DNA of 64,000 nt from NCBI GenBank assembly GCA_012728375.1, contig JAAYFF010000080.1:167-64166 (forward strand). Direction: 5' to 3'. Positions 50,097 through 60,924 of the stretch are shown here, piece after piece. Position 1 is the first letter of the stretch. Each line of letters starts with the position of its first letter. A model generated the notes under the pieces. That model saw nothing but the letters and a program-made list of their open reading frames with translations. It was not told where the DNA came from and made no database searches. The translations under genes were made by a program, and so were the position numbers. Origin of the DNA: Bacillota bacterium. GTDB taxonomy: Bacteria > Bacillota > Dethiobacteria > DTU022 > UBA8154.

Positions 50097-51246
50097 CGGT
50101 GGAAGGGAAAAAAATCACGAGATATTTACTACAAAAAAAGGACTTTTTAAAAAGGCTGTCGAATAGGTATTTAACTGAGTAAAGCCTAACAGGTGATCTA
50201 TGCTCTAACAATTCTGTTTGTACAAGGCATTGCTGTTTATTTACGCACACTGGGTTGTTGGGTGCCAGGCAAGCGTATAAGCAGACAAAAAAATGGCAGG
50301 GTACGGCGGAAGTGGATCAGTACAATGTCAAGAAACCATTAACAAAGCATTTTATTCTTTGTATCTTTTTTTGCCGGCAATGCTTTTATTTGGCGACACA
50401 AAGTGTGTCTACGGGTTGACCTTCGGTGCTTAGCGGCCGTAATCAACTTTAATTTCTCAGCAAACGCACTCCGGAAATTGGCCGTTATAACACCTACAAA
50501 AGTCTGCCTTTATGCTGTCATCCATTATTTTAATTCCATTTCAAAAATATTATCGCCTGGAGAAAGGAGGGATGGAGAGAAAAATAATAAAGTTTTGTAA
50601 GGAAAGGGGGAATGTTTTAAGCCCGTTTTTATACGGGTAGTGGAGGAAATTTCATTACCGATATGAACAGTACCTTTGTAAACTGAACGGTCTTCTTCTT
50701 ATCGCCAATTAGCCGGCTGGACAGGGCGACCTTAGGGGAAGATAAAATGGGCCCTGCGCCTTACATGCCGGCAGCAGGCGTGCATACAATCCTCGCCTTG
50801 GCGGATACAATTTTTCCCTGGTGTAGTCTAAACAGTTAAGTTACAATAAAAGGATCTTTCAGCCTATGGGCTTCTTGCTCCCTTAATATTATCAGCGGGA
50901 CTGCTCTTCTCATCCTTAAAGTTTTTGCTTTTTTTGGCAACAAAGCCTGATTGTAATGGTTGACAACTTTACTTCTGAGCTGTTGCCGGTTATTGGAGAT
51001 GCCTGATGTGGTATCTCCGCCGGTGCTGGACAGTTTATTTTTGTTATGCAGACGATGATCTTGATAGATATGGAGTAAGGTTTGAAGGGCATTCTTTTCT
51101 GGTAAAGTGCGGGAAGAAAAAGAGGAATTTTTCCCTTAGTATATCCATGAAATATTTTGGACCAATGATGCAGGTCTTTTTTCGGCAGGCGAGCCGCCCG
51201 TCGAGAGAAGTTTTTCATGGTTATACCAATGAAAGGATGGTGAAAG

Positions 51247-51849
51247 ATGTCTATTCAAGTAAAAGAACTCATTGATAAGATTAAAAATGAGGGTGTTCTG
51301 GCTGCAGAGAATGAGGCGGGGAAGATCATTGCCGAAGCCGAGGAAAAAGCAGCTCAGATTATTAAAGACGCTGAAGCCAAGGCTGAAGCGTATAAAGCTC
51401 AGGCTGAAAAAGAAATCGAGAAACAGGAAGCTGCCGGCAGGGAAGCCCTTAAGCAGGCTGCCAGGGATGTTCTAATTGGCTTGGAAAAGCAAATTATGAA
51501 ACAGTTCGACGCAGTAATAAGTGGAACTGTGGACAACGCACTAACAGCGTCCTTAACCGAAAAACTTATTGTCGACTTGGTTCATGCGTGGGCAGACAAA
51601 GGCGAAGCGGGCATTAAAGTAATTCTCTCCTCAAAGGATGCTGAAAAATTAAAGGATTCTTTAAGAGGGAAATTGTCTAAGCGCTTTAAAGAGGGCGTAG
51701 AGATCGTCCCCTCGGCAAAGTTTACCAAAGGTTTCCGTATCGGCGGCAGCAGTGGAGCTCTGTACGATTTTTCCAAAGAGAGTATCGCGGAGGTTTTAGC
51801 TGAGGCTCTTTCCCCCGACCTTGCGGCAGCTTTAAAAGAGGCAATCTAA
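51247..51849 (+). CDS. atpE: V-type ATP synthase subunit E
   Basis: A/E/K-rich coiled-coil N-terminus with a globular C-terminus. First gene of the V-ATPase operon. Confidence 0.7.
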   Translation: MSIQVKELIDKIKNEGVLAAENEAGKIIAEAEEKAAQIIKDAEAKAEAYKAQAEKEIEKQEAAGREALKQAARDVLIGLEKQIMKQFDAVISGTVDNALTASLTEKLIVDLVHAWADKGEAGIKVILSSKDAEKLKDSLRGKLSKRFKEGVEIVPSAKFTKGFRIGGSSGALYDFSKESIAEVLAEALSPDLAAALKEAI

Positions 51850-51868
51850 GTATTGGGAGGAAAACGTC

Positions 51869-52414
51869 TTGAGAAATTACTTTTACACGGTAGCTGCCTT
51901 GGAAACTGTTAGGCTCGGAGAAAAAGCCCCCATCAGCGAGGAGAAGTTTCTGCAGTTTGCAGAAGACACCATGGATGCAAAAGATTATCAAGTCCTGCTG
52001 AAGAGCCGTTGGGGCCTTACTGAGCCGACAGGCTCGCCCTTCGCTGACCGGATTCTCTCCTGGGAAAAAGAGCTACGGCTGGAATTGGCTAAAGCCCGGA
52101 TCTTGAAGCTAGACTTTGATCGGGCTCCGGTATTACCGGACTCCGATGGAAACTATTCCTTGCAGGAACAAGTGCGTGCAGTCATGGCTCTGGATTCGCC
52201 TTTGGATGCGGAACGCTTCCTGGATAATTTGCGGTGGAGTTTTCTGGAGAATATGGGTGCTTGTCACTTTTTTGACCTCGAAGCTTTAGTCGTATACTAT
52301 TTAAAACTTCAGCTCGCTTTGCGCCAGGAGAAATTCCGGGAGGAGCTTGGCCGGGAGTCTTTTGAAAAGGCATACGCTGCCGTATCCGAGAATTTTAATA
52401 TGACTACGCTATAG
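51869..52414 (+). CDS. DUF2764-family protein of chlamydia/spirochaete-type V-ATPase operons
   Basis: Position between atpE and atpA, and size (181 aa), match the E-X-A-B-D-I-K operon type. Confidence 0.45.
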   Translation: MRNYFYTVAALETVRLGEKAPISEEKFLQFAEDTMDAKDYQVLLKSRWGLTEPTGSPFADRILSWEKELRLELAKARILKLDFDRAPVLPDSDGNYSLQEQVRAVMALDSPLDAERFLDNLRWSFLENMGACHFFDLEALVVYYLKLQLALRQEKFREELGRESFEKAYAAVSENFNMTTL

Positions 52415-52420
52415 AAATGG

Positions 52421-54178
52421 GTGAGGACGATAAACAAGGTAATTGGCGTTAGCGGAAATATGGTTTCTGTGGAGTTTACCGGCGAAGCCACGATGAACGA
52501 AGTCTGTTACATCCATTCCCAGGGAAAGAAATTAAAATCCGAAATCATCCGTATTAAGGGCAATGTGGCTGACCTCCAGGTCTTTGAGATGACGACGGGA
52601 ATTGGTGTCGGAGACGATGTGGAATTCACCGGTGAGTTGTTGAGCGTGGAATTGGGCCCAGGATTGCTGGGACAGGTATATGACGGATTGCAAAACCCCT
52701 TACCCAAGCTGGCGGAACAATGTGGATTTTTCCTGGACCGGGGCGTGTATCTATCTGCTCTCGACGAGATTAAGAAGTGGGACTTTACCCCGTCCGTGAA
52801 AGTCGGGGACAAAGTGGAAGCCGGTGAAAAAATCGGTTTTGTAAAGGAAGGCATTTTTGATCACTGGATTATGGTACCGTTCCAGCTTGAAGGTGTTTTG
52901 ACCGTTAAGAGCATTGTTAAGGCAGGAAGCTATACTGTTAATGACACTGTGGCTGAGCTTGAAGATGAAAAAGGCGAGCGCCACACTTTGACGATGAAGT
53001 TTAACTGGCCTGTAAAAAGGGCTATTAACTGCTATGCTGAGCGTTTGAAACCATCGGAAACATTGATTACAAAACTGCGAATTATCGACACTTTTATTCC
53101 TGTGGCTAAAGGCGGTACTTACTGTATTCCCGGTCCATTTGGCGCCGGTAAGACGGTCCTACAGCAGGTTACTTCCAGACATGCCGAAGTGGATATCGTT
53201 ATTATTGCGGCTTGCGGTGAACGAGCCGGCGAGGTGGTGGAGACCTTAAAAGAGTTCCCGGAACTCATCGACCCGAAAACAGGCCGCTCCTTGATGGAAA
53301 GGACGATCATTATCTGTAATACTTCCTCCATGCCGGTGGCAGCCCGGGAAGCTTCCGTTTATACGGCTGTTTCCATAGCCGAATATTACCGTCAAATGGG
53401 CCTGCATGTTCTTTTATTGGCAGATTCAACTTCAAGATGGTGCCAGGCAATGCGCGAAATGTCCGGCAGATTGGAAGAAATTCCAGGGGAAGAAGCATTT
53501 CCTGCGTATCTGGAGTCATTAATTGCCGCGTTCTACGAGCGGGCCGGTATTGTCCGCCTTAAAAGCGGCGATATAGGTTCGGTAACCATTGGCGGCACTG
53601 TTTCACCTGCCGGAGGAAACTTTGAGGAACCGGTGACCCAGGCCACCTTGAAGGTTGTGGGAGCTTTTCACGGCTTATCGCAGCAGCGCGCCGACGCCCG
53701 CAAGTACCCTGCTATTCACCCCTTGGAGTCATGGTCAAAATATACGGGCATCATTGATAAGGAAAAAACCGAGTATGGTCGCGCCATTCTCTTCAAGGGC
53801 GACGAGGTAGGCCAAATGATGAAAGTTGTTGGTGAAGAAGGGACATCGCTGGAAGATTATATTATTTACCTCAAATCCGAATTATTGGATTTCGTTTACC
53901 TCCAGCAAAACTCGTTTGACCCCGTAGATGCTGCTGTTACGCCTGAGCGTCAAAGGCATGTCTACGATCTTCTCCTGCAAGTTTTAACGGCAAAGCTGGA
54001 TTTTGCCGGCAAAGAGGAAGCCCGTAACTGGTTTAACAGGATGCGTCAGAACTTCCTTGACTATAACGGTAAGGAATGGAAGAGCGACGAGTTCAATAAA
54101 CTGGAAGAAGCCATCTCTCAATTGCTGGCCGAGAAAAAAATAGGTGTCGAAGCTAATGCCGAAGGCATTGTAGGCTAG
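52421..54178 (+). CDS. atpA: V-type ATP synthase catalytic subunit A
   Basis: GTG start. 'GELLSVELGPGLLGQVYDGLQNPL'. P-loop 'GPFGAGKTVLQQ'. Confidence 0.93.
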   Translation: MRTINKVIGVSGNMVSVEFTGEATMNEVCYIHSQGKKLKSEIIRIKGNVADLQVFEMTTGIGVGDDVEFTGELLSVELGPGLLGQVYDGLQNPLPKLAEQCGFFLDRGVYLSALDEIKKWDFTPSVKVGDKVEAGEKIGFVKEGIFDHWIMVPFQLEGVLTVKSIVKAGSYTVNDTVAELEDEKGERHTLTMKFNWPVKRAINCYAERLKPSETLITKLRIIDTFIPVAKGGTYCIPGPFGAGKTVLQQVTSRHAEVDIVIIAACGERAGEVVETLKEFPELIDPKTGRSLMERTIIICNTSSMPVAAREASVYTAVSIAEYYRQMGLHVLLLADSTSRWCQAMREMSGRLEEIPGEEAFPAYLESLIAAFYERAGIVRLKSGDIGSVTIGGTVSPAGGNFEEPVTQATLKVVGAFHGLSQQRADARKYPAIHPLESWSKYTGIIDKEKTEYGRAILFKGDEVGQMMKVVGEEGTSLEDYIIYLKSELLDFVYLQQNSFDPVDAAVTPERQRHVYDLLLQVLTAKLDFAGKEEARNWFNRMRQNFLDYNGKEWKSDEFNKLEEAISQLLAEKKIGVEANAEGIVG

Positions 54179-54201
54179 CGAATCAAGGAGGAGGGTAAAT
54201 T

Positions 54202-55500
54202 TTGCAAAAAGTATATAGTAAAATTGAATCAATATCTGGAAACGTTATTACAGTTACTGCGACGGGAGTGCGTTATAAGGAACTTGCCGTTGTGGAAACC
54301 AGGTATGGTTCATCTTTGGCGGAAGTTATCCGTCTAAGAGGTGATGAAGTCGCCTTGCAGGTGTTTAACGGCGGAAGGGGCGTATCCACCGGAGATGAAG
54401 TCCGCTTTATGGGCGAACCCATGAAGGTTTCGTTTTCCGATAACCTTTTAGGGCGGATCTTCGATGGTTCGGGACGCCCGCGGGATGGCGGCCCTGAACT
54501 CACTGATACTATGATTGAAATTGGTGGTCCTTCCGTTAACCCTGCCAAGCGTATTATGCCTCGGAACATGGTTCGTACCGGGATTCCAATGATCGATGTT
54601 TTTAATACGCTGGTGGAGTCGCAGAAGCTGCCGATCTTTTCTGTTTCAGGAGAACCTTATAACGAACTTCTGGCCAGGATTGCCCTGCAGGCTGAGGTTG
54701 ACATTATTATTCTCGGGGGTATGGGGCTCAAATACGATGACTATCTTTTCTTCAAGGAGACCCTGGAAACGGGCGGCGTGCTGTCCCGGACAGTCTTCTT
54801 TGTCCATACCGCTGCTGACCCTGTGGTGGAATCCTTGCTGGTGCCCGACATTGCCCTGGCTGTGGCGGAAAACTTTGCCATTCATGGCAGACGGGTACTG
54901 GTGCTTTTGACGGATATGACCAACTTTGCCGATGCTATGAAAGAAATTGCTATTACCATGGAGCAGGTTCCGTCCAACCGTGGATACCCCGGAGACCTTT
55001 ATACCCAGCTGGCTTCCCGTTATGAAAAGGCCGTTGACTTTGAGGGGGCAGGTTCCATCACCATCCTTGGGGTGACGACCATGCCCGGGGACGATGTTAC
55101 CCACCCAGTCCCGGATAACACCGGGTATATTACTGAGGGCCAGTTTTATCTGAGAAACGGCCGTATCGAACCATTTGGCTCCCTCTCCAGGTTGAAACAG
55201 CAGGTCAATGACAAAACCCGTCCGGATCACCGTGCTATCATGGACGGCATGATCAAATTGTACGCTGCGTACAAGGAGTCCCTGGAGAAGAAATCCATGG
55301 GCTTTAGAATGTCGGAGTGGGACGAGAAGCTTTTGACTTATGGCGAAATGTTTGAACGGGAAATGATGGATCTTTCCGTCAACATTCCCCTGGAGGAGGC
55401 CTTGGACAAATGCTGGGAAATTTTGGCCACCTGCTTTGAACCGGAGGAAACAGGGTTAAAGACGGAACTGATTGCCCAATACTGGAAGAACAAGGTGTAG
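54202..55500 (+). CDS. atpB: V-type ATP synthase subunit B
   Basis: TTG start after AAGGAGGAGGG. Non-catalytic nucleotide-binding fold '[18 protein letters not shown]'. Confidence 0.92.
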   Translation: MQKVYSKIESISGNVITVTATGVRYKELAVVETRYGSSLAEVIRLRGDEVALQVFNGGRGVSTGDEVRFMGEPMKVSFSDNLLGRIFDGSGRPRDGGPELTDTMIEIGGPSVNPAKRIMPRNMVRTGIPMIDVFNTLVESQKLPIFSVSGEPYNELLARIALQAEVDIIILGGMGLKYDDYLFFKETLETGGVLSRTVFFVHTAADPVVESLLVPDIALAVAENFAIHGRRVLVLLTDMTNFADAMKEIAITMEQVPSNRGYPGDLYTQLASRYEKAVDFEGAGSITILGVTTMPGDDVTHPVPDNTGYITEGQFYLRNGRIEPFGSLSRLKQQVNDKTRPDHRAIMDGMIKLYAAYKESLEKKSMGFRMSEWDEKLLTYGEMFEREMMDLSVNIPLEEALDKCWEILATCFEPEETGLKTELIAQYWKNKV

Positions 55501-55503
55501 GCT

Positions 55504-56100
55504 ATGGCAAAAATAAAATTTAGTAAAAATGAATTAAAAAAGCAAAAAGACCAGCTCAAAAGGTTTGAGCGCTATTTGCCGACCCTTGTCATGAAGAAGC
55601 AACTGCTGCAGATGGAGATACGGCAAGTTGAGACGCAAATAGAAGAAAAACGCCAGGAGCGGGAAAAAAAGTACTCGGAGCTGATGAGCTGGGTTCATGT
55701 GTTCGGAGAGGAGATGAATTTTGCCGAGCTGGTCAAAATTAAAGAGGTGGATTTAGGTTCTACCAACATCGCCGGTGTAGATATCCCTGTTTTTCGAGGA
55801 ATTATGTTTGAAAAGGCTCCCTATGACCTGATGGTATACCCCCTGTGGGTGGATGCAGGTATTAAAAAGCTGCAGGAAATTTTTTCCTTGGATACGGAAC
55901 TGTCTGTTTTGGAAAAGCAGGCAGATTTATTGGGGAGTGAACTGAGAGTTACCACACAACGGGTCAACCTGTTCGAAAAGGTAAAGATTCCGGAAACAAA
56001 GGAGAACATAAGGGTTATTAACATTTTTCTCGGGGATCAACAGACAGCAGCCGTTGTGCGGGGCAAGTTGTCCAAAGGCAAATTGGTGAGGGAGGCGTAG
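55504..56100 (+). CDS. atpD: V-type ATP synthase subunit D
   Basis: 'KFSKNELKKQKDQLKRFERYLPTL' coiled-coil central-stalk subunit. Confidence 0.88.
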   Translation: MAKIKFSKNELKKQKDQLKRFERYLPTLVMKKQLLQMEIRQVETQIEEKRQEREKKYSELMSWVHVFGEEMNFAELVKIKEVDLGSTNIAGVDIPVFRGIMFEKAPYDLMVYPLWVDAGIKKLQEIFSLDTELSVLEKQADLLGSELRVTTQRVNLFEKVKIPETKENIRVINIFLGDQQTAAVVRGKLSKGKLVREA

Positions 56101-56103
56101 GCG

Positions 56104-58053
56104 ATGATTGTAGAGATGAAAAAAATATCTATGGTTGTCCAAACCAAAGATAAAGAATCAACTCTAGATTTGTTAGGCGAGCTTGGCCTTGTCCACCTGG
56201 AGGACTTTCAGTCTTCTTCCCCGGAAGTTGAGAGTGCGTTTGCTAAAAAGAAAAAGGCAGAAGATGCCTATCACTTTTTGGCGGAATTCAAAACCAAGGA
56301 ACAAGTTCCCCCGCCATCCTTAACTCCGGAGGAGGCGGTAGAGAAAGTGTTGCAGATCAAGGAGGATCTTCAGGGCGCAAAGGAGCAGGTAGCAACTCTG
56401 GAGAAGAAAATTTTCGAGCTGCAAGACTGGGGTGATTTTGAGCCTGCAGACCTTAAATTCCTCGCGGACAAAGGCTACCATGTTAAAATCTACACCGTTT
56501 CCCGTGATAAAATCGAGAAAGTCGATGATATCGAGGGCGACGTAGTGGTTTTAAGGCAGGACAAAAAAGGTCTGGCCTTTGCCCATATTACTAAAGAGCC
56601 TGTGACCCTGGAGGATTTTGATGAATTTATCATCCCTCCGCAAAGCCTCAGCGCGATGAAGGCGGAAAAAGATAAATTATTGGCAGAGATAGAGGAAATA
56701 AGCAAAAAGGCACAACAACACTACGGGCTCAGGCCCATCCTAAAGGCTCATTTAAATACTCTGGAAGCAAACCTGAAATATTGGATTGCCGATGCAAATG
56801 CCATGGATGAGGATAATCTCACTGCTATTGTCGGCTATGTTCCCGTTGACGGGATCGAGGCCGTACAAAACTGGGCCCGCCAAAATTCTGTGGCCATAGC
56901 CATAACGGATCCTGATCCGGAAGAGACAGATTCCGTACCGACTCTGGTCCGCAATCCAAGGTGGCTGCAAGTTATTGAACCTGTTTTTAAGTTTTTAGGA
57001 ATTGTGCCCGGTTATAAGGAACTGGATATCAGCTTAGTCTTTCTTTTCTTTTTCACCTTATTTTTTGCCATGATTATCGGGGATGCAGCCTATGGATCCA
57101 TCACTTTCCTGGCAGGATTAGGGTTGGTATTCTACTGCAAGTCCAAAAAAAAGGATGTCCCTATGGCTGCATGGACTTTTACCTTCCTTGGTCTGGCCAC
57201 AGTAGTTTGGGGAACTATAACCGGTTCCTGGTTTGCAAGTGCTGAACTCATCGAGGGCACATTCCTGGAGAGGCTGATAATCCCTCAGTTGTCTGAAGGA
57301 TTTAGCGTTTATACGCCTTCCGGGGAACTATATAAGCAATTAACCGGGTCTGATGTGGTGATGATGTTTAGTTTCATTATTGGCTTGGCCCATCTGACTA
57401 TCGCGCAGATTTGGAACTTCCTACAGGCTCTTGCCCAGCGTTCCCTGCAAGCTGTGGGGCAGGTCGGCTGGATGTGCATAAATTTCGGGCTCTTTTACCT
57501 GGTCCTGGATATGGTCTCGAACTTTAATCTTGACAAGGCCTTCGATGCAGGAGGTCTTATCACCAGCGTAAGTTTAAATTTAATTTTTATTGGATTTGCG
57601 CTGGTGGTCATTTTTGGATCACAAGAGACCCGCTTTTTCAAAGGTCTTCTTGCCGGCCTGACAGGGATACCCAGTACTGCCCTCGACATTCTTGGGGCGT
57701 TTGGCGATATTATTTCCTATGTAAGGCTTTTCGCCGTGGGTCTGGCTGGATACGAAATTGCCAACGCATTTAATAATATGGCCAGCGGCCTTTTATCTGG
57801 AAAAACCTTTATTTTTGGAGTGCTGATCTTGCTCGTGGGACACACTTTTAATTTCGTGCTTTGTTACTTAGGAGTGCTGGTCCACGGGATTCGCTTGAAA
57901 ACGTTGGAATTCTCCGGCCGTCTTGGTATGCAGTGGTCCGGCCATGAGTATTCCCCTTTCAATGTGCGCAGAGATATCTCTTATGAAGCGGATATGCCTG
58001 CGGCAGTACAGAAAGTAAATAACTCCAGTGCTTTAACAGGAAATATTGGTTGA
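56104..58053 (+). CDS. atpI: V-type ATP synthase subunit I (a-subunit)
   Basis: Hydrophilic N-terminal half plus about 8 TM helices. Conserved Arg region 'YVRLFAVGLAG'. Confidence 0.88.
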   Translation: MIVEMKKISMVVQTKDKESTLDLLGELGLVHLEDFQSSSPEVESAFAKKKKAEDAYHFLAEFKTKEQVPPPSLTPEEAVEKVLQIKEDLQGAKEQVATLEKKIFELQDWGDFEPADLKFLADKGYHVKIYTVSRDKIEKVDDIEGDVVVLRQDKKGLAFAHITKEPVTLEDFDEFIIPPQSLSAMKAEKDKLLAEIEEISKKAQQHYGLRPILKAHLNTLEANLKYWIADANAMDEDNLTAIVGYVPVDGIEAVQNWARQNSVAIAITDPDPEETDSVPTLVRNPRWLQVIEPVFKFLGIVPGYKELDISLVFLFFFTLFFAMIIGDAAYGSITFLAGLGLVFYCKSKKKDVPMAAWTFTFLGLATVVWGTITGSWFASAELIEGTFLERLIIPQLSEGFSVYTPSGELYKQLTGSDVVMMFSFIIGLAHLTIAQIWNFLQALAQRSLQAVGQVGWMCINFGLFYLVLDMVSNFNLDKAFDAGGLITSVSLNLIFIGFALVVIFGSQETRFFKGLLAGLTGIPSTALDILGAFGDIISYVRLFAVGLAGYEIANAFNNMASGLLSGKTFIFGVLILLVGHTFNFVLCYLGVLVHGIRLKTLEFSGRLGMQWSGHEYSPFNVRRDISYEADMPAAVQKVNNSSALTGNIG

Positions 58054-58086
58054 TTAAACTAGAACAATGAAAAGGAGCGTAATAGC

Positions 58087-58542
58087 ATGATCGAGAGCGG
58101 AATTTTGGGACTTATGGGTATCGGAGGAGCACTTGGTTTTTCTGCTTTAGGTACCTCGCTAGGTGTCGGTGCATCCGGGGCGGCAGTTGTCGGAGCGTGG
58201 AAACGGGCTTATATGCAAAATAAGCCGGCGAACTTTATGTTATTGGCTTTCGCAGGTTTCCCCCTTTCTCAGACTTTTTACGGCCTGATTTTAATGAATA
58301 CCATCGTAGCTTCGCTGCAAGCTTTGAGCCCAGGTGCCGTCCTTGGCATCGGCGTTTTTGGCGGCATGGCCATCGGTGCTTCTGCCTGGATGCAGGGAAT
58401 GGCCGGTGCCGGCGCAGCTGACGCTTATGCAGAAACGGGCAAAGGATTTGTCAACTATATTATGGTTATAGGTGTTATCGAATCCGTTGCTTTGCTGGTG
58501 ATGGTGTTTTTAATGACGACCATCGGCAGCTTAACAGCATAA
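58087..58542 (+). CDS. atpK: V-type ATP synthase proteolipid subunit K (c-subunit)
   Basis: Gly-rich helices. Conserved carboxylate in 'GVIESVALL'. Confidence 0.85.
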   Translation: MIESGILGLMGIGGALGFSALGTSLGVGASGAAVVGAWKRAYMQNKPANFMLLAFAGFPLSQTFYGLILMNTIVASLQALSPGAVLGIGVFGGMAIGASAWMQGMAGAGAADAYAETGKGFVNYIMVIGVIESVALLVMVFLMTTIGSLTA

Positions 58543-58612
58543 TTCTGCGAAGATCTTTCGCCTTTGCGGTACTGAGAATAAAGGTGAAGATTCGGGTTGC
58601 AGAACAGATTAC

Positions 58613-59575
58613 TTACATGGCAGGAACAAAGTTTCCTGCCATTTTTATTTTTGCGGGGATAGATTCCTGGACCGCATGCGCGGAGTGAAGAAATTGTTCA
58701 ACTTCTTCAGAGCTCATTTCCAGCGGCAGGACTCTTTGTACACCATTTCGGCCAATAATGCTTGGAAAACTGAGATAGAGATTGCTGATGCCATAGACAT
58801 TATTTAAAAGTGTGGAGACTGTTAGAACGGAATGTTCGTCCCTCAGAATGCTTTCGACTATTCTTCGCACAGCAAGGGATATGGCAAAATATGTAGCTCC
58901 TTTGCCCTGGATTATTTCATAAGCAGACTGGCGAACCTGATAGGAAATTTCCTCCCTGTCTTCCTGGGAGCATGCATCATTGCAGTTTGTACAAAACACG
59001 TCCATAGATACACCTGCCACATTGGCCGTGCTCCACAGGGGAACTTCAGAGTCGCCGTGTTCGCCAACCACATAAGCGTGCATGTTTCTTGGATCTAGCT
59101 TGCAGCGTGAACTGAGAAGGTAGCGGAAACGGGAGGTATCTAAGACGGTTCCGGACCCAAATACTTTTGCCGCGGGAAGGCCGGAAACCCTCCAAGAAAT
59201 ATAGGACATGACATCCACGGGGTTAGTAACAACAAGTAAAATTACGTCCTTTGTATAAGTTAGAATATCTTCAATAATTTGCGTGATAATACGGGAATTT
59301 ATATCGACCAATTCAAGACGCGTTTGACCGGGTTTCTGGGGCGCGCCGGCAGTAATAATGATTATATCCGCATTGCTGCATTCATTGTAATCTCCGGCCT
59401 TTATGGTTACCGGGCTGACAAATGATGCACAATGATTGAGATCCATCGCTTCGGCCCGGGCTTTTTCCTCAATTTTATCAATTAAAACAATTTCTTCTGC
59501 TGTTCCACCGAGCATAAGCGCATAGGCGATTGTCGAGCCGACAAAACCTGCTCCCACGATAACAACTTTGGCCAA
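58613..59575 (-). CDS. ldh: L-lactate dehydrogenase
   Basis: TTG start with GAGGAGTG RBS. 'VVIVGAGFVGS'. 'GAPQKPGQTR' with Gln at the substrate-specificity position. 'GEHGDSEVPLWS'. Confidence 0.88.
   Translation of the reverse strand: MAKVVIVGAGFVGSTIAYALMLGGTAEEIVLIDKIEEKARAEAMDLNHCASFVSPVTIKAGDYNECSNADIIIITAGAPQKPGQTRLELVDINSRIITQIIEDILTYTKDVILLVVTNPVDVMSYISWRVSGLPAAKVFGSGTVLDTSRFRYLLSSRCKLDPRNMHAYVVGEHGDSEVPLWSTANVAGVSMDVFCTNCNDACSQEDREEISYQVRQSAYEIIQGKGATYFAISLAVRRIVESILRDEHSVLTVSTLLNNVYGISNLYLSFPSIIGRNGVQRVLPLEMSSEEVEQFLHSAHAVQESIPAKIKMAGNFVPAM
58617..58652 (+). terminator. Rho-independent terminator of the V-ATPase operon, embedded in the 3-prime coding end of convergent ldh
   Basis: ATGGCAGGAA-caaagt-TTCCTGCCAT 10-bp stem followed by TTTTTATTTTT. 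Confidence 0.6.
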
Positions 59576-59708
59576 AACAATTCACTCCTCAATTACATTT
59601 AATTTAAATATGTCCATTACGGATGCTGTCTATTCGTAAAAAGGAGCCTTTTTATACCTTCTTAAGGAATGTTTTGCCAACAAGTTGAATATAATATCTA
59701 AAAAGTAA

Positions 59709-60011
59709 GTGGGGCAAAAGGCAATGATTAAAAAAATATATTACATTCTCGACGGTTTATCAAATTTCCTGCTCGGAGAAAAAGATACTCTCACAATCGG
59801 TAAAAATATTCCGGATGATGCTGAATTGCTGGAAAGAGCCCGGTTGGACTGGCAGGCTGCCCAATCTTTTTTCAATTATGTCAGCGACGAAAAACAAATC
59901 GACCAGGCTATATTTAATTTAATAGCCGCGGAAAAACATTACGACTACTTGCTGCAAAAAACACGAAGGGAGCGCTGGTTTAACAGGAAGGTAGAAAAGG
60001 GGTGTGATTAA
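59709..60011 (+). CDS. yaaL: YaaL-like (DUF2508) small protein
   Basis: Pattern 'LERARLDWQAAQSFFNYVSDEKQIDQAIFNLIAAEKHYDYLLQK'. Adjacent to bofA as in B. subtilis. Confidence 0.5.
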   Translation: MGQKAMIKKIYYILDGLSNFLLGEKDTLTIGKNIPDDAELLERARLDWQAAQSFFNYVSDEKQIDQAIFNLIAAEKHYDYLLQKTRRERWFNRKVEKGCD

Positions 60012-60286
60012 TGACAAGCGGAATGGATTTAAACTTTATCATTGCCTTTGTTTTTGGTTTGCTTCTCCTTTACTTGCTGGTGCGAGTTCTTTACTTGCCT
60101 TTAAGAATTGGTTTAAAACTTTTGGGAAATGCCGTTGTGGGAGGATTGCTTCTGGCTGTATTTAATGCAGTTGGCTCTTTCTTTGGACTTACAATTGGTC
60201 TCAATGTGGTTACGGCGTTTGTAACAGGCTCCTTGGGAATACCCGGTATTATTCTTTTGCTGGTGCTGCAAAGATTAACGGCATAA
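60011..60286 (+). CDS. bofA: Pro-sigma-K processing inhibitor BofA
   Basis: Two-TM 91-aa protein. 'VTAFVTGSLGIPGIILLLV' matches the BofA C-terminal motif. Confidence 0.7.
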   Translation: MTSGMDLNFIIAFVFGLLLLYLLVRVLYLPLRIGLKLLGNAVVGGLLLAVFNAVGSFFGLTIGLNVVTAFVTGSLGIPGIILLLVLQRLTA

Positions 60287-60351
60287 ATATGGGACTATGT
60301 GCAAAGGCTTGAAAAAAACCTGCCCTTCTGTAGGGCAGGTCTTTTGGTATT

Positions 60352-60924
60352 TTATGCTAGCAAGTCCTGAATATTTATTTGTTGCAGTTGCCCCTGGTTC
60401 AGTATTGATCGTTCTGCCTGCGGAGCAATGGTATTTTTTATCTTTTTCATAATGCTTTCTGCAAATCCTTGTTCCCTGATAACAGTTAAATTGGCAACAA
60501 TATTTTCTTGTGCAATTAATTTTTCCGCAATTTGGCTGCGAACTTCTTCTTGCGCTTCTCTTAAATGCAAAAGGGCTTTCGATATATTTTCAGAATCGCC
60601 TTCCGATGAAGTAAAGAAAGTGCCGGTTTCTTGAGGAGCAGCCATATTTTTTTGTATCCGCATTAATTTTTCCTGCATTTTTTTCAAAGATACTTCATGT
60701 TCCTGCAGTTTGGACAGTTGCTGCTGAAGATTTTTTATTTCCTCTACGTAAGCCTTAAGGCGCGAGCGAATGTGGCCGGCGGAATTATTTCCATATGTAC
60801 TTTCCGCAGCCGGAAGAGGAGAATGCAAATTGTTAAGCAATCCAGCTTTGGCACTTTCTTTTTTTAAAAGTTTGGGCTGCTGTTCTTTGTTTCGAAAAGA
60901 AAAGTAATTAGCAATAATTTTCAT
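60352..60924 (-). CDS. Hypothetical coiled-coil protein
   Basis: Start moved to the internal Met, which has a GGAG RBS. Long heptad-like Q/E/K-rich helices. No family recognised. Confidence 0.45.
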   Translation of the reverse strand: MKIIANYFSFRNKEQQPKLLKKESAKAGLLNNLHSPLPAAESTYGNNSAGHIRSRLKAYVEEIKNLQQQLSKLQEHEVSLKKMQEKLMRIQKNMAAPQETGTFFTSSEGDSENISKALLHLREAQEEVRSQIAEKLIAQENIVANLTVIREQGFAESIMKKIKNTIAPQAERSILNQGQLQQINIQDLLA

